The notes under the pieces were generated by a model. The model was not told the origin of the DNA. It saw only the letters and a program-made list of their open reading frames with translations, and ran no database searches. Positions 1-8,549 of a stretch of DNA of 47,999 nucleotides are shown one piece after another. Both the position numbers and the translations under genes were made by a program. Each line of letters begins with the position of its first letter. Position 1 is the stretch's first letter. This stretch comes from Flavobacteriales bacterium (lineage in GTDB: Bacteria; Bacteroidota; Bacteroidia; Palsa-965), in contig JBEIPA010000035.1 in assembly GCA_040377305.1 (NCBI GenBank), forward strand, positions 1 to 47,999, written 5' to 3'.

Positions 1-202
1 CTCGTACATCAAAATCCGCGTTCCTTTTTTAAGTTGTCTGCTAGTTCCACGCTCGGATCACTCTACTAAACATCAAAAGTAAGTATTGGATTTTATGAGA
101 TAAACTCAAACCTATCTCATAAAATCTATCTTTCTACACGTTCTATTCACCACACTGATCCGGGGGAAAGACTAGCACGTCTCGTACATCAAAATCCGCG
201 TT
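1..202. repeat. Palindromic MITE/REPIN-like element, tandem with 180-bp period, cut by the window edge
   Basis: CTCGTACATCAAAATCCGCGTT occurs at 1 and 181. There is a central palindrome GATTTTATGAGATA...TATCTCATAAAATC. The sequence is clearly similar to 23284-23474 and 47764-47999. Confidence 0.8.
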
Positions 203-869
203 ACTTTTTAATCAGCTGCCTGATGGCCGCCAGCTGAGAGAGCATCACAATCGGTACCACAACTCCCGGCAATAAATTATACGGCGCATATAACATCGCC
301 GTGTTCGGTTGTTCCAAAGCGAATTGCTGAAACGGCATGGGCAGAGAAAGCACACCGTGAATGACCACGTTAAAAAGCAGAATCACGCCGAGGATATTCC
401 ACCACAACAGATATTTTCTGTTTGCACCTTTCGTGAAGATGAGCCACACCATTGGAAGTGCAGTGAGTCCCATGATGATGTCGAAGTTTCTTCCTTCGAA
501 TGTGAGCAACTCCGGAATGGTTTTGTGAATGGCGAGAATCATCAAAATAAGTTCTACTGGCAGACGAACAACATGAAGCATAGTCAACTTCCTTAAATCG
601 AGTGCGTCGATGTAACGCTTTCCGCTCTGAGTCAGAAATAAGCCGATGAGAAGTACTACTGCTGGTCCCATCATAAAAATTACTCTGGGTGGCATTGCAT
701 GTGTATCGAGGAAGAAACCGGTATCCGCAACGAAATACCACACTGCACTCCACATAAACAAAAACACCATCGTGATTAGTTTCGATGGTGTTGCTTGTAC
801 AAAAAGTATGACTGACAAAACTGTTGTGACCAGAAACAGCGGTGCGAGATAATCGGGTAGATTCTGCAT
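201..869 (-). CDS. Multi-pass membrane protein of unknown function
   Basis: 222-aa ORF with about 7 hydrophobic segments. A TAAGTTTG -7 element lies at 874-881, just upstream. Confidence 0.8.
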   Translation of the reverse strand: MQNLPDYLAPLFLVTTVLSVILFVQATPSKLITMVFLFMWSAVWYFVADTGFFLDTHAMPPRVIFMMGPAVVLLIGLFLTQSGKRYIDALDLRKLTMLHVVRLPVELILMILAIHKTIPELLTFEGRNFDIIMGLTALPMVWLIFTKGANRKYLLWWNILGVILLFNVVIHGVLSLPMPFQQFALEQPNTAMLYAPYNLLPGVVVPIVMLSQLAAIRQLIKK

Positions 870-977
870 GCTACAAACTTACGCAGAATGATAGGATGAT
901 TTGATTATGGAATGATAAAATGGAAGTCGTTGTAAAATTTACAAACTCTCCGATCAAATCATCTTATAATCCGATCA

Positions 978-1640
978 TCATTGCAGGACGACCTTGTCAG
1001 TAGAAATGACTTCCGTTCCCTGCATTACACGATACATGTAAACGCCACCTGCAAGTCCGTTCAGATTCATGGAATGCACAGCAGACTGATTCACTTTTTC
1101 GGAACGAACAACGTTTCCTGTTACATCAAAGAGTTCAATCGTAACGTCGCTCACGACAGATGTGAATGCAAAATTCAGGTTAGTACCTGACAATGCCACA
1201 CTAGAAACTGAAGAGGCGTTTTGCGGCACACTCATAATACAGTTGCTCGCCGTGTAAGCGATTTGCGCACAAGCCGTAGTAGTTCCGGAGTGATTGATCA
1301 CCGTTGCATTCGGCTCCGCAAATACCTGCCAGTTGTTCGACATGTTTTGTCCGTTGAATGTTGCACCATTGAGAACGTATGCACCTCCGTACGATATAGG
1401 ACCAACAATCAGTGAACCGCCACTATCAACAACTACAAATCGCGTACAACAGGTTGCGCTGTCAATTAAGACACCGCCGTTACACACATAACCTTGTATG
1501 TAACCCGCATTGCTGCCGGAGCGCACAATGGTACTTGCTACGATCAGATCGTAACTCGATACGGGTGAGGTGCATTGAGCTATAGCGTTTCCGCCAAAGC
1601 ATAAGCATGCCAATAAGATTAGAGTAAAGATTTTCTTCAT
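978..1640 (-). CDS. Small secreted protein with T9SS type A C-terminal domain
   Basis: Signal peptide MKKIFTLILLACLCFGGNAIAQ. The C-terminus has IELFDVTGNVV...GLAGGVYMYRV...KVVLQ. Confidence 0.85.
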   Translation of the reverse strand: MKKIFTLILLACLCFGGNAIAQCTSPVSSYDLIVASTIVRSGSNAGYIQGYVCNGGVLIDSATCCTRFVVVDSGGSLIVGPISYGGAYVLNGATFNGQNMSNNWQVFAEPNATVINHSGTTTACAQIAYTASNCIMSVPQNASSVSSVALSGTNLNFAFTSVVSDVTIELFDVTGNVVRSEKVNQSAVHSMNLNGLAGGVYMYRVMQGTEVISTDKVVLQ

Positions 1641-1725
1641 GTGTAAGAGTTTTAGTTTGCTTACAGCAAGTTACGGAAAAGATGACAGACGGGAGACGCC
1701 AGACGGGTGTAATCACGGCGGGTTC

Positions 1726-2409
1726 TTACTCCTTCACGAACTGACCGTTTTTCCAGCGGTAAGTGCCGGGAGGGTGATCAGGATTGTCGTACAGAGAATC
1801 GCCGAGATAATGTAAACTATCCAAAAGCACGTGACCGTTACTCAAGTGAACTTTGTAGTCGTAGCCAGCTTCATAGTCACTACAAATTGAATCGTTCGAC
1901 TCCACACAATATTGATATGCTTCAGAAACATTACGACCCTTCCATATTAACGAAGCTTCGTCAAGATTGATGATGTAGAAGAAATCCTCTTGTTCACCTC
2001 TGGAAATTGGTGGAGCGTAAGCAGAATAATATCCACCTAAACGGATTAAGAGCTCCTCGCGCCCAATTCCATTCAGTTGCTCCAATTCGAGATGCTTTAT
2101 GTATTCATTGTCATAACGATATGCAGGTAAACTATCCGTGATCAGGATCTTCTTAATAACACGATCGCTAACAAATCGAAGTTGGATTAAGTAATTATTC
2201 CCGTTATCCTGCTTCCGCCAAAGTTCAATATCACTGTTAGGAAGTGAATCATACTTCTCCCATCCGGTCTCATCACCATGCTCCATGGCCGCTATCACAC
2301 TATCGAAGAATGTAAGGCCTTGTTCCCTCGCACTGTCTTCTGTATGCGAAGTCGATTCGTCGCCACATGCGATACTAAGAATTGAAAAAAGAAGAATGAA
2401 ATATCTCAC
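1726..2409 (-). CDS. Hypothetical lipoprotein
   Basis: Lipobox-like LSIAC after a hydrophobic N-terminus. No family recognised. Confidence 0.7.
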   Translation of the reverse strand: MRYFILLFSILSIACGDESTSHTEDSAREQGLTFFDSVIAAMEHGDETGWEKYDSLPNSDIELWRKQDNGNNYLIQLRFVSDRVIKKILITDSLPAYRYDNEYIKHLELEQLNGIGREELLIRLGGYYSAYAPPISRGEQEDFFYIINLDEASLIWKGRNVSEAYQYCVESNDSICSDYEAGYDYKVHLSNGHVLLDSLHYLGDSLYDNPDHPPGTYRWKNGQFVKE

Positions 2410-2438
2410 AGTTAAATGTAATCGATTCGCGGATCAAT

Positions 2439-2468
2439 AAAAAAAGGGCAACTCTCGCTGCCCTTTTT
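2439..2468 (-). terminator. Intrinsic terminator downstream of rng, probably bidirectional
   Basis: AAAAAAAGGGCA-actctcgc-TGCCCTTTTT hairpin with A/T tracts on both sides. Confidence 0.8.
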
Positions 2469-2496
2469 CTCCCGTCTGTCGTCTCCCGACTGACGT

Positions 2497-4053
2497 CTAC
2501 ATTTTAATCTCATCCTCATTCTTATTCAGAAAGTGATACTCTAAGAAATGGTACGATGAAACTGCTTTCACATTTACCGGGCGACCGAATTTCTTTTTCC
2601 ACTTCGCACGCTGAGAATTCCAGAACCAACCTTTTGTGAGGTATGCTTCGAGGTACGGATGCACACAAAGCGTTACCATGGGTTCATTCTGTTCTTTCAG
2701 GATGTAGCGCAAGTTATTTTCAATCTGATCGACGATAAGTACGCTCGATTGAATTAAGCCTGTGCCACCGCATGTCGGACATTTCTCAGCCGTATCGATG
2801 TTCATCTCCGGACGAACGCGTTCGCGGGTGATCTGAACAAGACCGAATTTGCTCGGCGGAAGAATCGTGTGTTTAGCACGATCAGTTTTCATTTCATCGC
2901 GCAGCTTGTTGTAAAGCAGCTTGCGGTTGTTCGGAGAATGTAAATCGATGAAATCGACAACAATGATTCCGCCCATATCGCGCAAACGCAACTGGCGTGC
3001 AACTTCTGCAGCTGCTTCGAGATTCACATCCAGCGCATTCGTTTCCTGGTCGTTGCTCGACTTGGAACGATTGCCGCTGTTAACGTCAACTACGTGCAGT
3101 GCTTCTGTATGCTCAATGATGAGATAAGCGCCGCTCTTCATGGTAATGGTTTTACCGAAGAGTGCTTTGATCTGCTTGTCTATGCCCGTAGCTTCGAAAA
3201 TGGGCGTATTCCCTTTGTGCAGTTTCAGGATTTTCTCCTTGTCGGGCGCAATGGTTTGCAGTAATTCTTTTGTTTCTTCAAACATGCGCTCATCATTAAT
3301 ATGGATGGCACTGAATGAAGCGTTAAGCATATCGCGCAGGATAGCAGAGGTGCGGTTCAGCTCTCCAAGTACACGGAGAGGCGGTTTCGCCGTTGTGAGT
3401 TGTTCGAAACAAGTGTTCCACTTACTCACAAGATCGTTCATGTCGGTATCGAGTTCAGCAACTCCTTTTCCTTCCGCTACTGTGCGGACAATCACTCCGA
3501 AATTTTTCGGTTTGATGGACTGGATAAGTCGTTTCAATCGTTCACGTTCTTCGCTGCTCTTTATCTTTTGAGATACAGAGACTTTGTCAGCGAAAGGAAT
3601 CAGAACGATATACCTGCCTGCAAGAGACAATTCGGAGGTGATACGCGGACCTTTTGTTGAAATAGGTTCTTTCGCAACCTGTATAAGGACAGGTTGATCG
3701 CTCTGGAGCACATTAGAGATCTTTCCATCTTTCTGGATGTCTTGCTCGAGCTTGAAGTACGCCAGTGCAGCATGTTTCTGCTTGCCTGTTACCGTCATGC
3801 GGACGTACTTATTTAATGAAAGGACCTGCGGACCGAGATCGAAATAATGCAGGAAGGCATCTTTCTCATAACCCACATCTACGAAAGCGGCATTGAGCCC
3901 CTGCATCACCTTGCGCACACGACCTAAGTAGATATCGCCCACTGCGAACTGCGTGTTGGTTTTCTCTCTGTTGAGTTCAACCAAACGCTTGTCGCTAAGT
4001 AGTGCGATCACCACTTCAGATCCTGATGCATCAATGATCAGTTCGTTAGACAC
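2497..4053 (-). CDS. rng: Ribonuclease E/G family (Rne/Rng)
   Basis: S1 domain GDIYLGRV...AAFVDVG, catalytic-region motifs DVNSG and LRLRDMGGIIVVDFID, and a CPTC zinc link. GTG start. Confidence 0.95.
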   Translation of the reverse strand: MSNELIIDASGSEVVIALLSDKRLVELNREKTNTQFAVGDIYLGRVRKVMQGLNAAFVDVGYEKDAFLHYFDLGPQVLSLNKYVRMTVTGKQKHAALAYFKLEQDIQKDGKISNVLQSDQPVLIQVAKEPISTKGPRITSELSLAGRYIVLIPFADKVSVSQKIKSSEERERLKRLIQSIKPKNFGVIVRTVAEGKGVAELDTDMNDLVSKWNTCFEQLTTAKPPLRVLGELNRTSAILRDMLNASFSAIHINDERMFEETKELLQTIAPDKEKILKLHKGNTPIFEATGIDKQIKALFGKTITMKSGAYLIIEHTEALHVVDVNSGNRSKSSNDQETNALDVNLEAAAEVARQLRLRDMGGIIVVDFIDLHSPNNRKLLYNKLRDEMKTDRAKHTILPPSKFGLVQITRERVRPEMNIDTAEKCPTCGGTGLIQSSVLIVDQIENNLRYILKEQNEPMVTLCVHPYLEAYLTKGWFWNSQRAKWKKKFGRPVNVKAVSSYHFLEYHFLNKNEDEIKM

Positions 4054-4144
4054 GTTTTAAGTTTTAGATGCGTGAATACGCAGAAACTCCGGACCATTAC
4101 TGGACTCGGGTAACTGCACGTTTTTTCCAGAAATAAAAGGAAAT

Positions 4145-4227
4145 GTTCCCAGTTCCCGGTTCCCGGTTCGAAACAAATACCAGATGATATTCGGGGAACA
4201 GGGAACGGGGAACCGGAAACAGGGAAC
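4145..4227. repeat. Inverted arms of a 7-bp repeat (GTTCCCn x3 / nGGGAAC x5)
   Basis: gttcccagttcccggttcccgg, then a ~20-bp spacer, then cggggaacagggaacggggaaccggaaacagggaac. Confidence 0.75.
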
Positions 4228-4317
4228 CTATTTTTTCTTGTGACGGTTCTTTCTGAGACGTTTCTTTCTCTTGTGAGTCGCCATCTTATGACGTTTGCGT
4301 TTTTTTCCGCTTGGCAT
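4228..4317 (-). CDS. 30S ribosomal protein bS22 (AURKAIP1/COX24-like), 29 aa, below the ORF-track cutoff
   Basis: Hand translation gives MPSGKKRKRHKMATHKRKKRLRKNRHKKK*, matching the Bacteroidota bS22 pattern. Confidence 0.9.
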   Translation of the reverse strand: MPSGKKRKRHKMATHKRKKRLRKNRHKKK

Positions 4318-4352
4318 AAATAATTGTTTAATGCGTTAGTATTTGCTTCTTT

Positions 4353-5195
4353 CTATTTCTTCAGGTTAGCAATTTCCTGATCAATTTCGGCTTTCATCAC
4401 CGGGTCATCGGTAATGGCTGAATATGCTTCTAAATGAACAATCACGTTAGCCGTGTCTGATTGCACACTATACAGTTCTGCAAGACTGAGGTGAATCGCG
4501 TAGTACTCGGGTTTTAACTTCAGTACCCGTGAGTAGCGTTCAATTGCTTTGTCGTACTGTTCAGAACGCACTGCAAAATCTGCAAGCGCGAGCTGTACAT
4601 TAATGTGGTTGGAATCTGCAGCTTCAACCGACTTGAGCACTTCAATGCCCGACATCGGATCGTTAGTTCCATCTACAATCGAAATTCCCAATCCGGTTTT
4701 CGCGTCGAGATTGGTCGGGTCGAGCTGGAGCGCTTTCTCAAAGCAAGCAATAGCCGCTTTGTAAATCGGATCCAAATGATCTTCGTGCTTTTGGAATGAT
4801 GCTGCCGAACGAAAACGTTCTCCTGCATTCATCCAATCGGTTCCGGAACCATTGTTGCGCTCTGCTCTTTCCTGAGCGTACGCAGCTGCCAACACATACT
4901 TTCCGGAAAAGCCGAGATACTGTATCAGCGAATCGTAGAGTATGCCGCGACGAACAACGTCTGCTTCCCCTTTGATCGCCTGCTCGAGCGATGCAATCAC
5001 TCCCGACTGATCGGGCTTGAGTGAATTTCTTTCTTCCTTAACCACTTCCTCCAGCGGAATTCCTGGTGCGTGCTGCTCTTCAGCAACTTCAGCAGAATTT
5101 CTGTGTGAAGGAATAGTACTTGCAAAACTTAAAAGAACGATAGTCAATACACACGCGCCCAGAAGAATCAGTTGATTACGTCCTAAGCTGCGCAT
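4353..5195 (-). CDS. Membrane-anchored tetratricopeptide repeat protein
   Basis: N-terminal TM segment and TPR motifs (AIACFEKALQLDPTN, AIERYSRVLKLKPEY). Confidence 0.85.
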   Translation of the reverse strand: MRSLGRNQLILLGACVLTIVLLSFASTIPSHRNSAEVAEEQHAPGIPLEEVVKEERNSLKPDQSGVIASLEQAIKGEADVVRRGILYDSLIQYLGFSGKYVLAAAYAQERAERNNGSGTDWMNAGERFRSAASFQKHEDHLDPIYKAAIACFEKALQLDPTNLDAKTGLGISIVDGTNDPMSGIEVLKSVEAADSNHINVQLALADFAVRSEQYDKAIERYSRVLKLKPEYYAIHLSLAELYSVQSDTANVIVHLEAYSAITDDPVMKAEIDQEIANLKK

Positions 5196-5201
5196 GGTAA
5201 A

Positions 5202-5495
5202 TTATTCTCCAACCTTCACATTCTTCTTCACTCGGTCCACAAACGTCTTCGCCGGCTTAAAAGCAGGAACGTTATGTGCCGGAATGATCACCGTCGTATT
5301 CTTAGAAATGTTACGACCTGTCTTTTCTGCACGACGCTTCACTACAAAGCTCCCGAACCCGCGGAGGTAAACATTATCACCTTTTGCCAACGAGTTCTTA
5401 ATCACCTTCATAAAGGTCTCCACTGAATGCTGAACCTGGATCTTCTCGATCCCGGTCTTCTCAGCAATTTCTGATACTACTTCTGCTTTAGTCAT
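5202..5495 (-). CDS. hup: HU/IHF family DNA-binding protein
   Basis: MTKAEVVSEIAEKTG...VYLRGFGSF...GRNISK...PAFKP. Confidence 0.93.
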   Translation of the reverse strand: MTKAEVVSEIAEKTGIEKIQVQHSVETFMKVIKNSLAKGDNVYLRGFGSFVVKRRAEKTGRNISKNTTVIIPAHNVPAFKPAKTFVDRVKKNVKVGE

Positions 5496-5616
5496 CCTGT
5501 AATTTATTTATTTTCAAGGGTTTGTACGTCCGATCGCTCAAATACGAGGGTGCAAAATTACGATTTTTCGCAACTCACCCAAATTTTGACCCTACTTTTG
5601 TGACGGAACTTTCAGT

Positions 5617-6654
5617 ATGTCAATGGATTTCGTTTCAGAATTGCTGTCCTGGTATCGCCAAAACAAGCGCAGTTTGCCGTGGCGGGGCTCAAAAGACCCT
5701 TATAAGGTATGGTTGTCGGAAATCATCCTCCAGCAAACACGGGTCGAACAGGGAACGGCCTATTACCATGCTTTCACAGAAAAGTACCCCACCGTTCTGC
5801 ATCTCGCAAAAGCATCCGAAGATCAGGTGCTCAAAACCTGGGAAGGATTGGGCTACTACAGTCGCGCGCGCAACCTGCATTTCACTGCACAGAAAATCGC
5901 GAAAGAAATGGGCGGCAAATTTCCATCAACACACGCCGGACTTCTCGAACTCAAAGGTGTTGGCGATTACACAGCCTCTGCCATCTCTTCTATTTGTTTT
6001 GGTGAAGCGCAACCGGTAGTCGATGGCAACGTGTACCGTTTTCTCTCGCGTCACTTCGGCATAAAAACTCCGATTGATTCTACGAAAGGCAAAAAAGAAT
6101 TTCGTGCAGTTGCAGAAGAATTGATCACTTCAAAAAATCCGGGTGAATTCAATCAGGCCATGATGGAATTCGGAGCCAGACAATGCGTTCCGCGAAATCC
6201 CGATTGTGGTGTTTGTGTTTTTCGGATGAGCTGTGTTGCCCTGAAGAAAAAGCTGGTGACGAAACTTCCGGTGAAAGCCACTAAGACGAAGGTTACGGAG
6301 CGTGCAATGACTTATCTCGCGATTAGAAATGGAAATCATACTTTCATTCGGCAGAGAAGTGAGAAAGATATTTGGCAAGGGCTGTTTGAGTTTCCGCTAA
6401 TAGAAGAAGCGAACCCAACGGCAGCTAGATGGAAAAAGCTAATTGGGAATTCTACTTTAAAGATTACTGGAACATCGCCGGTAATTAAACACATACTGAG
6501 TCACCAGAAATTGTCGGTACGATTTGTTGTTGCTGAGATAAAAGGAAAGGCCAGTCTAAACGGTTACAAGCGGGTAACGATTTCTGGTCTTGATAAATAT
6601 GCCTTTCCGATTGTGATCAAGAAGAACCTCGGCGAGTTGTTTCCCGATTTCTGA
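5617..6654 (+). CDS. mutY: A/G-specific adenine glycosylase
   Basis: WLSEIILQQTRV, WEGLGYYSRARNL, HhH motif LKGVGDYTA, VDGNV, and FeS motif CVPRNPDCGVCVFRMSC. Confidence 0.96.
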   Translation: MSMDFVSELLSWYRQNKRSLPWRGSKDPYKVWLSEIILQQTRVEQGTAYYHAFTEKYPTVLHLAKASEDQVLKTWEGLGYYSRARNLHFTAQKIAKEMGGKFPSTHAGLLELKGVGDYTASAISSICFGEAQPVVDGNVYRFLSRHFGIKTPIDSTKGKKEFRAVAEELITSKNPGEFNQAMMEFGARQCVPRNPDCGVCVFRMSCVALKKKLVTKLPVKATKTKVTERAMTYLAIRNGNHTFIRQRSEKDIWQGLFEFPLIEEANPTAARWKKLIGNSTLKITGTSPVIKHILSHQKLSVRFVVAEIKGKASLNGYKRVTISGLDKYAFPIVIKKNLGELFPDF

Positions 6655-6714
6655 GAACCCAGATCGTGGTTTTTATTTTGCCGCAGATTCGCAGATTAAA
6701 ATTGTTCCAGCTCT

Positions 6715-6857
6715 ATCCGTGAAAATCCGTTTGATCAGTTTTCTTCCGTGTTAAAAAAGGAACACCGAAAAAAACGGATGTAGCGGATGAACACGGATTT
6801 CGACCACGGTACATTTCACCATTTTACTCCTGACTCCCATCTCCTAACTCCTATCTC
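6715..6857. repeat. Cluster of short-period intergenic repeats (ATCCGT/ACGGAT type inverted pair plus CTCCTA heptamers)
   Basis: atccgtgaaaatccgtttgatcagttttcttccgtgtt pairs with aacaccgaaaaaaacggatgtagcggatgaacacggattt. It is followed by actcctgactcccatctcctaactcctatctc. Confidence 0.6.
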
Positions 6858-6914
6858 TTTCCTATCTTTGAATACAGTTTATCATTTATATATTCACTTT
6901 AATACCTAACCAAG

Positions 6915-7445
6915 ATGCCAGGAATAAACAAAGTCATCCTCATCGGAAACGTGGGCAAAGACCCTGAAGTTCGTTACCTCGAAGGCGGAATCGGAGTCGC
7001 TAATTTTCCAGTCGCTACAACAGAATCGTTTCGCGATAAAATGGGCAACAAGCAGGAACAAACCGAGTGGCACCAAATCGTGCTGTGGCGTAAGCTCGCT
7101 GAAGTTGCAGAGAAGTATGTAAAAAAAGGACAACAGGTTTACATCGAAGGAAAAATCCGTTCACGCAGCTGGGAAGATAAAGAAGGCAACAAGCGTTACA
7201 CCACTGAAATTTTCGGTGATGTATTGACGATTCTCTCCAAGATTAATCCGGATAACTCTACTGGTTACCAGAAACCATATACTACAGGAACGGGGAATGC
7301 GGAACGAGGAACGGGGAATGGGGAAACCGGAACTACACAGAAGAGTTCATATCCTTCTCAGCAGAATACATTCAATCCAAACGAGATCAACGACCCGAAT
7401 CATCCGGCGATGTTGCCTCCGAGTGCGGATGACCTACCTTTCTAG
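6915..7445 (+). CDS. ssb: Single-stranded DNA-binding protein
   Basis: INKVILIGNVGKDPEVRY, TEWH, KGQQVYIEGKIRSRSW, and acidic tip DDLPF. Confidence 0.97.
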   Translation: MPGINKVILIGNVGKDPEVRYLEGGIGVANFPVATTESFRDKMGNKQEQTEWHQIVLWRKLAEVAEKYVKKGQQVYIEGKIRSRSWEDKEGNKRYTTEIFGDVLTILSKINPDNSTGYQKPYTTGTGNAERGTGNGETGTTQKSSYPSQQNTFNPNEINDPNHPAMLPPSADDLPF

Positions 7446-7613
7446 ATTGTGGTTGCCTGCGGCGCTTTACACGGCGACACAGCGAAACGGCGACGTTGTT
7501 TGTATGCTAAACCCACGCGGTCACGGCGGCAGTGTGGTTAATCGCTAAAGCGATTTCTATATAGATAATCAGTCAATTCGGTTTCGCTCGCGGTTTTTGC
7601 GTAATTTTTCTAT

Positions 7614-7829
7614 GTGAATTACGCTGAACATTTTTCAATCAATCCAAATATCCGTTTCGGGAAAGTTTGCATTACAGGCACGCGAATTACTGTTGGAGAT
7701 GTTTTGGGTTGGTTGGCGTCGGGAATGAGTGTTGAACAAATCGTGAATGACTTTTCGGAGTTATCGGATGTACAGATTCGAGCATGTCTTGCTTATGCTG
7801 CGGATAGAGAACATAAATTAGAGTTATAA
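7614..7829 (+). CDS. DUF433 domain protein (antitoxin-like), no partner gene
   Basis: INPNIRFGKVCITGTRITVGDVLGWLASGMS...IRACLAYAA. GTG start. Confidence 0.85.
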   Translation: MNYAEHFSINPNIRFGKVCITGTRITVGDVLGWLASGMSVEQIVNDFSELSDVQIRACLAYAADREHKLEL

Positions 7830-7920
7830 TAACCGGCGATGTTGCCACGGACTGCGGACCTTCCCTTCGGGAGCACCAGTAACTTTACCACGGCGTCACC
7901 ACCTGCATAGTGAAATATTT

Positions 7921-8451
7921 ATGCGCTTATTATATTGCATTTTTCTAATATGCACCGTCGTGCTCTCGTGTTCGGATCAGAATAAATACGTCCGTCAACC
8001 AAACAATATTTACAAAATTGTTTTTGCCCAAGGTGGTTGTTTATTCGACTGTCCGGCCGAATCGTTTTCCATCGACAGTTCATTGAAAATTATGTATCGA
8101 GGCGTAGAGTTTGTTGATCGCGTTGGATACTTTCAAGGAACAGTTCCTGCCCAATCCTGGGATACGATTCAGACTATTTGTATCGCAAACTCAAAATGGT
8201 ATTCGGATTCGTGCATGGGGATGACAGATTCTCAGATGCTGGAAATTCACATTTATAGTAAAAATGGAGTTCAGCACTTTTGGGGTGGGGAGAGTTGCTT
8301 CCCTCAACCGATTGTTGATTTGTGTACAACCGTTGAGAAATTGGCTAAGAGTACACTAATGGCAGAGTCTTACGAATTTTCCTTAGAGACCAGTGTCCAT
8401 TTGCCTCCTCCAGTAGCCGACACGATCATCATTGTTACAGAAGAAGAGTAA
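7921..8451 (+). CDS. Lipoprotein, DUF6438-like
   Basis: Lipobox VLSC, then GGCLFDCP...SIDSSLKIMYRG...GYFQG, which resembles DUF6438. Confidence 0.65.
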   Translation: MRLLYCIFLICTVVLSCSDQNKYVRQPNNIYKIVFAQGGCLFDCPAESFSIDSSLKIMYRGVEFVDRVGYFQGTVPAQSWDTIQTICIANSKWYSDSCMGMTDSQMLEIHIYSKNGVQHFWGGESCFPQPIVDLCTTVEKLAKSTLMAESYEFSLETSVHLPPPVADTIIIVTEEE

Positions 8452-8549
8452 ATTTCAAACCTCCGTGAGAAGTTGTTAAACTATCATCAACAACGTGAGT
8501 CTAACACCCGACCACCAATTTCCTATCTTAGACAAAATCCCTTTCCCCA

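Noticed and set aside
5522-6019. 165-aa ORF overlapping the start of mutY
   Set aside because: It is an alternative frame over the divergent promoter region and mutY, with no protein-like features.
7833-7900. tRNA or self-cleaving ribozyme
   Set aside because: There is no cloverleaf or T-loop, and no hammerhead or HDV core could be matched by eye. It is kept only as a low-interest structured segment.
8476-8531. Pho box upstream of the CocE hydrolase
   Set aside because: TTAAA, TCAAC and CTAAC-like words are present but not in the 26-bp register with the -7-like element.
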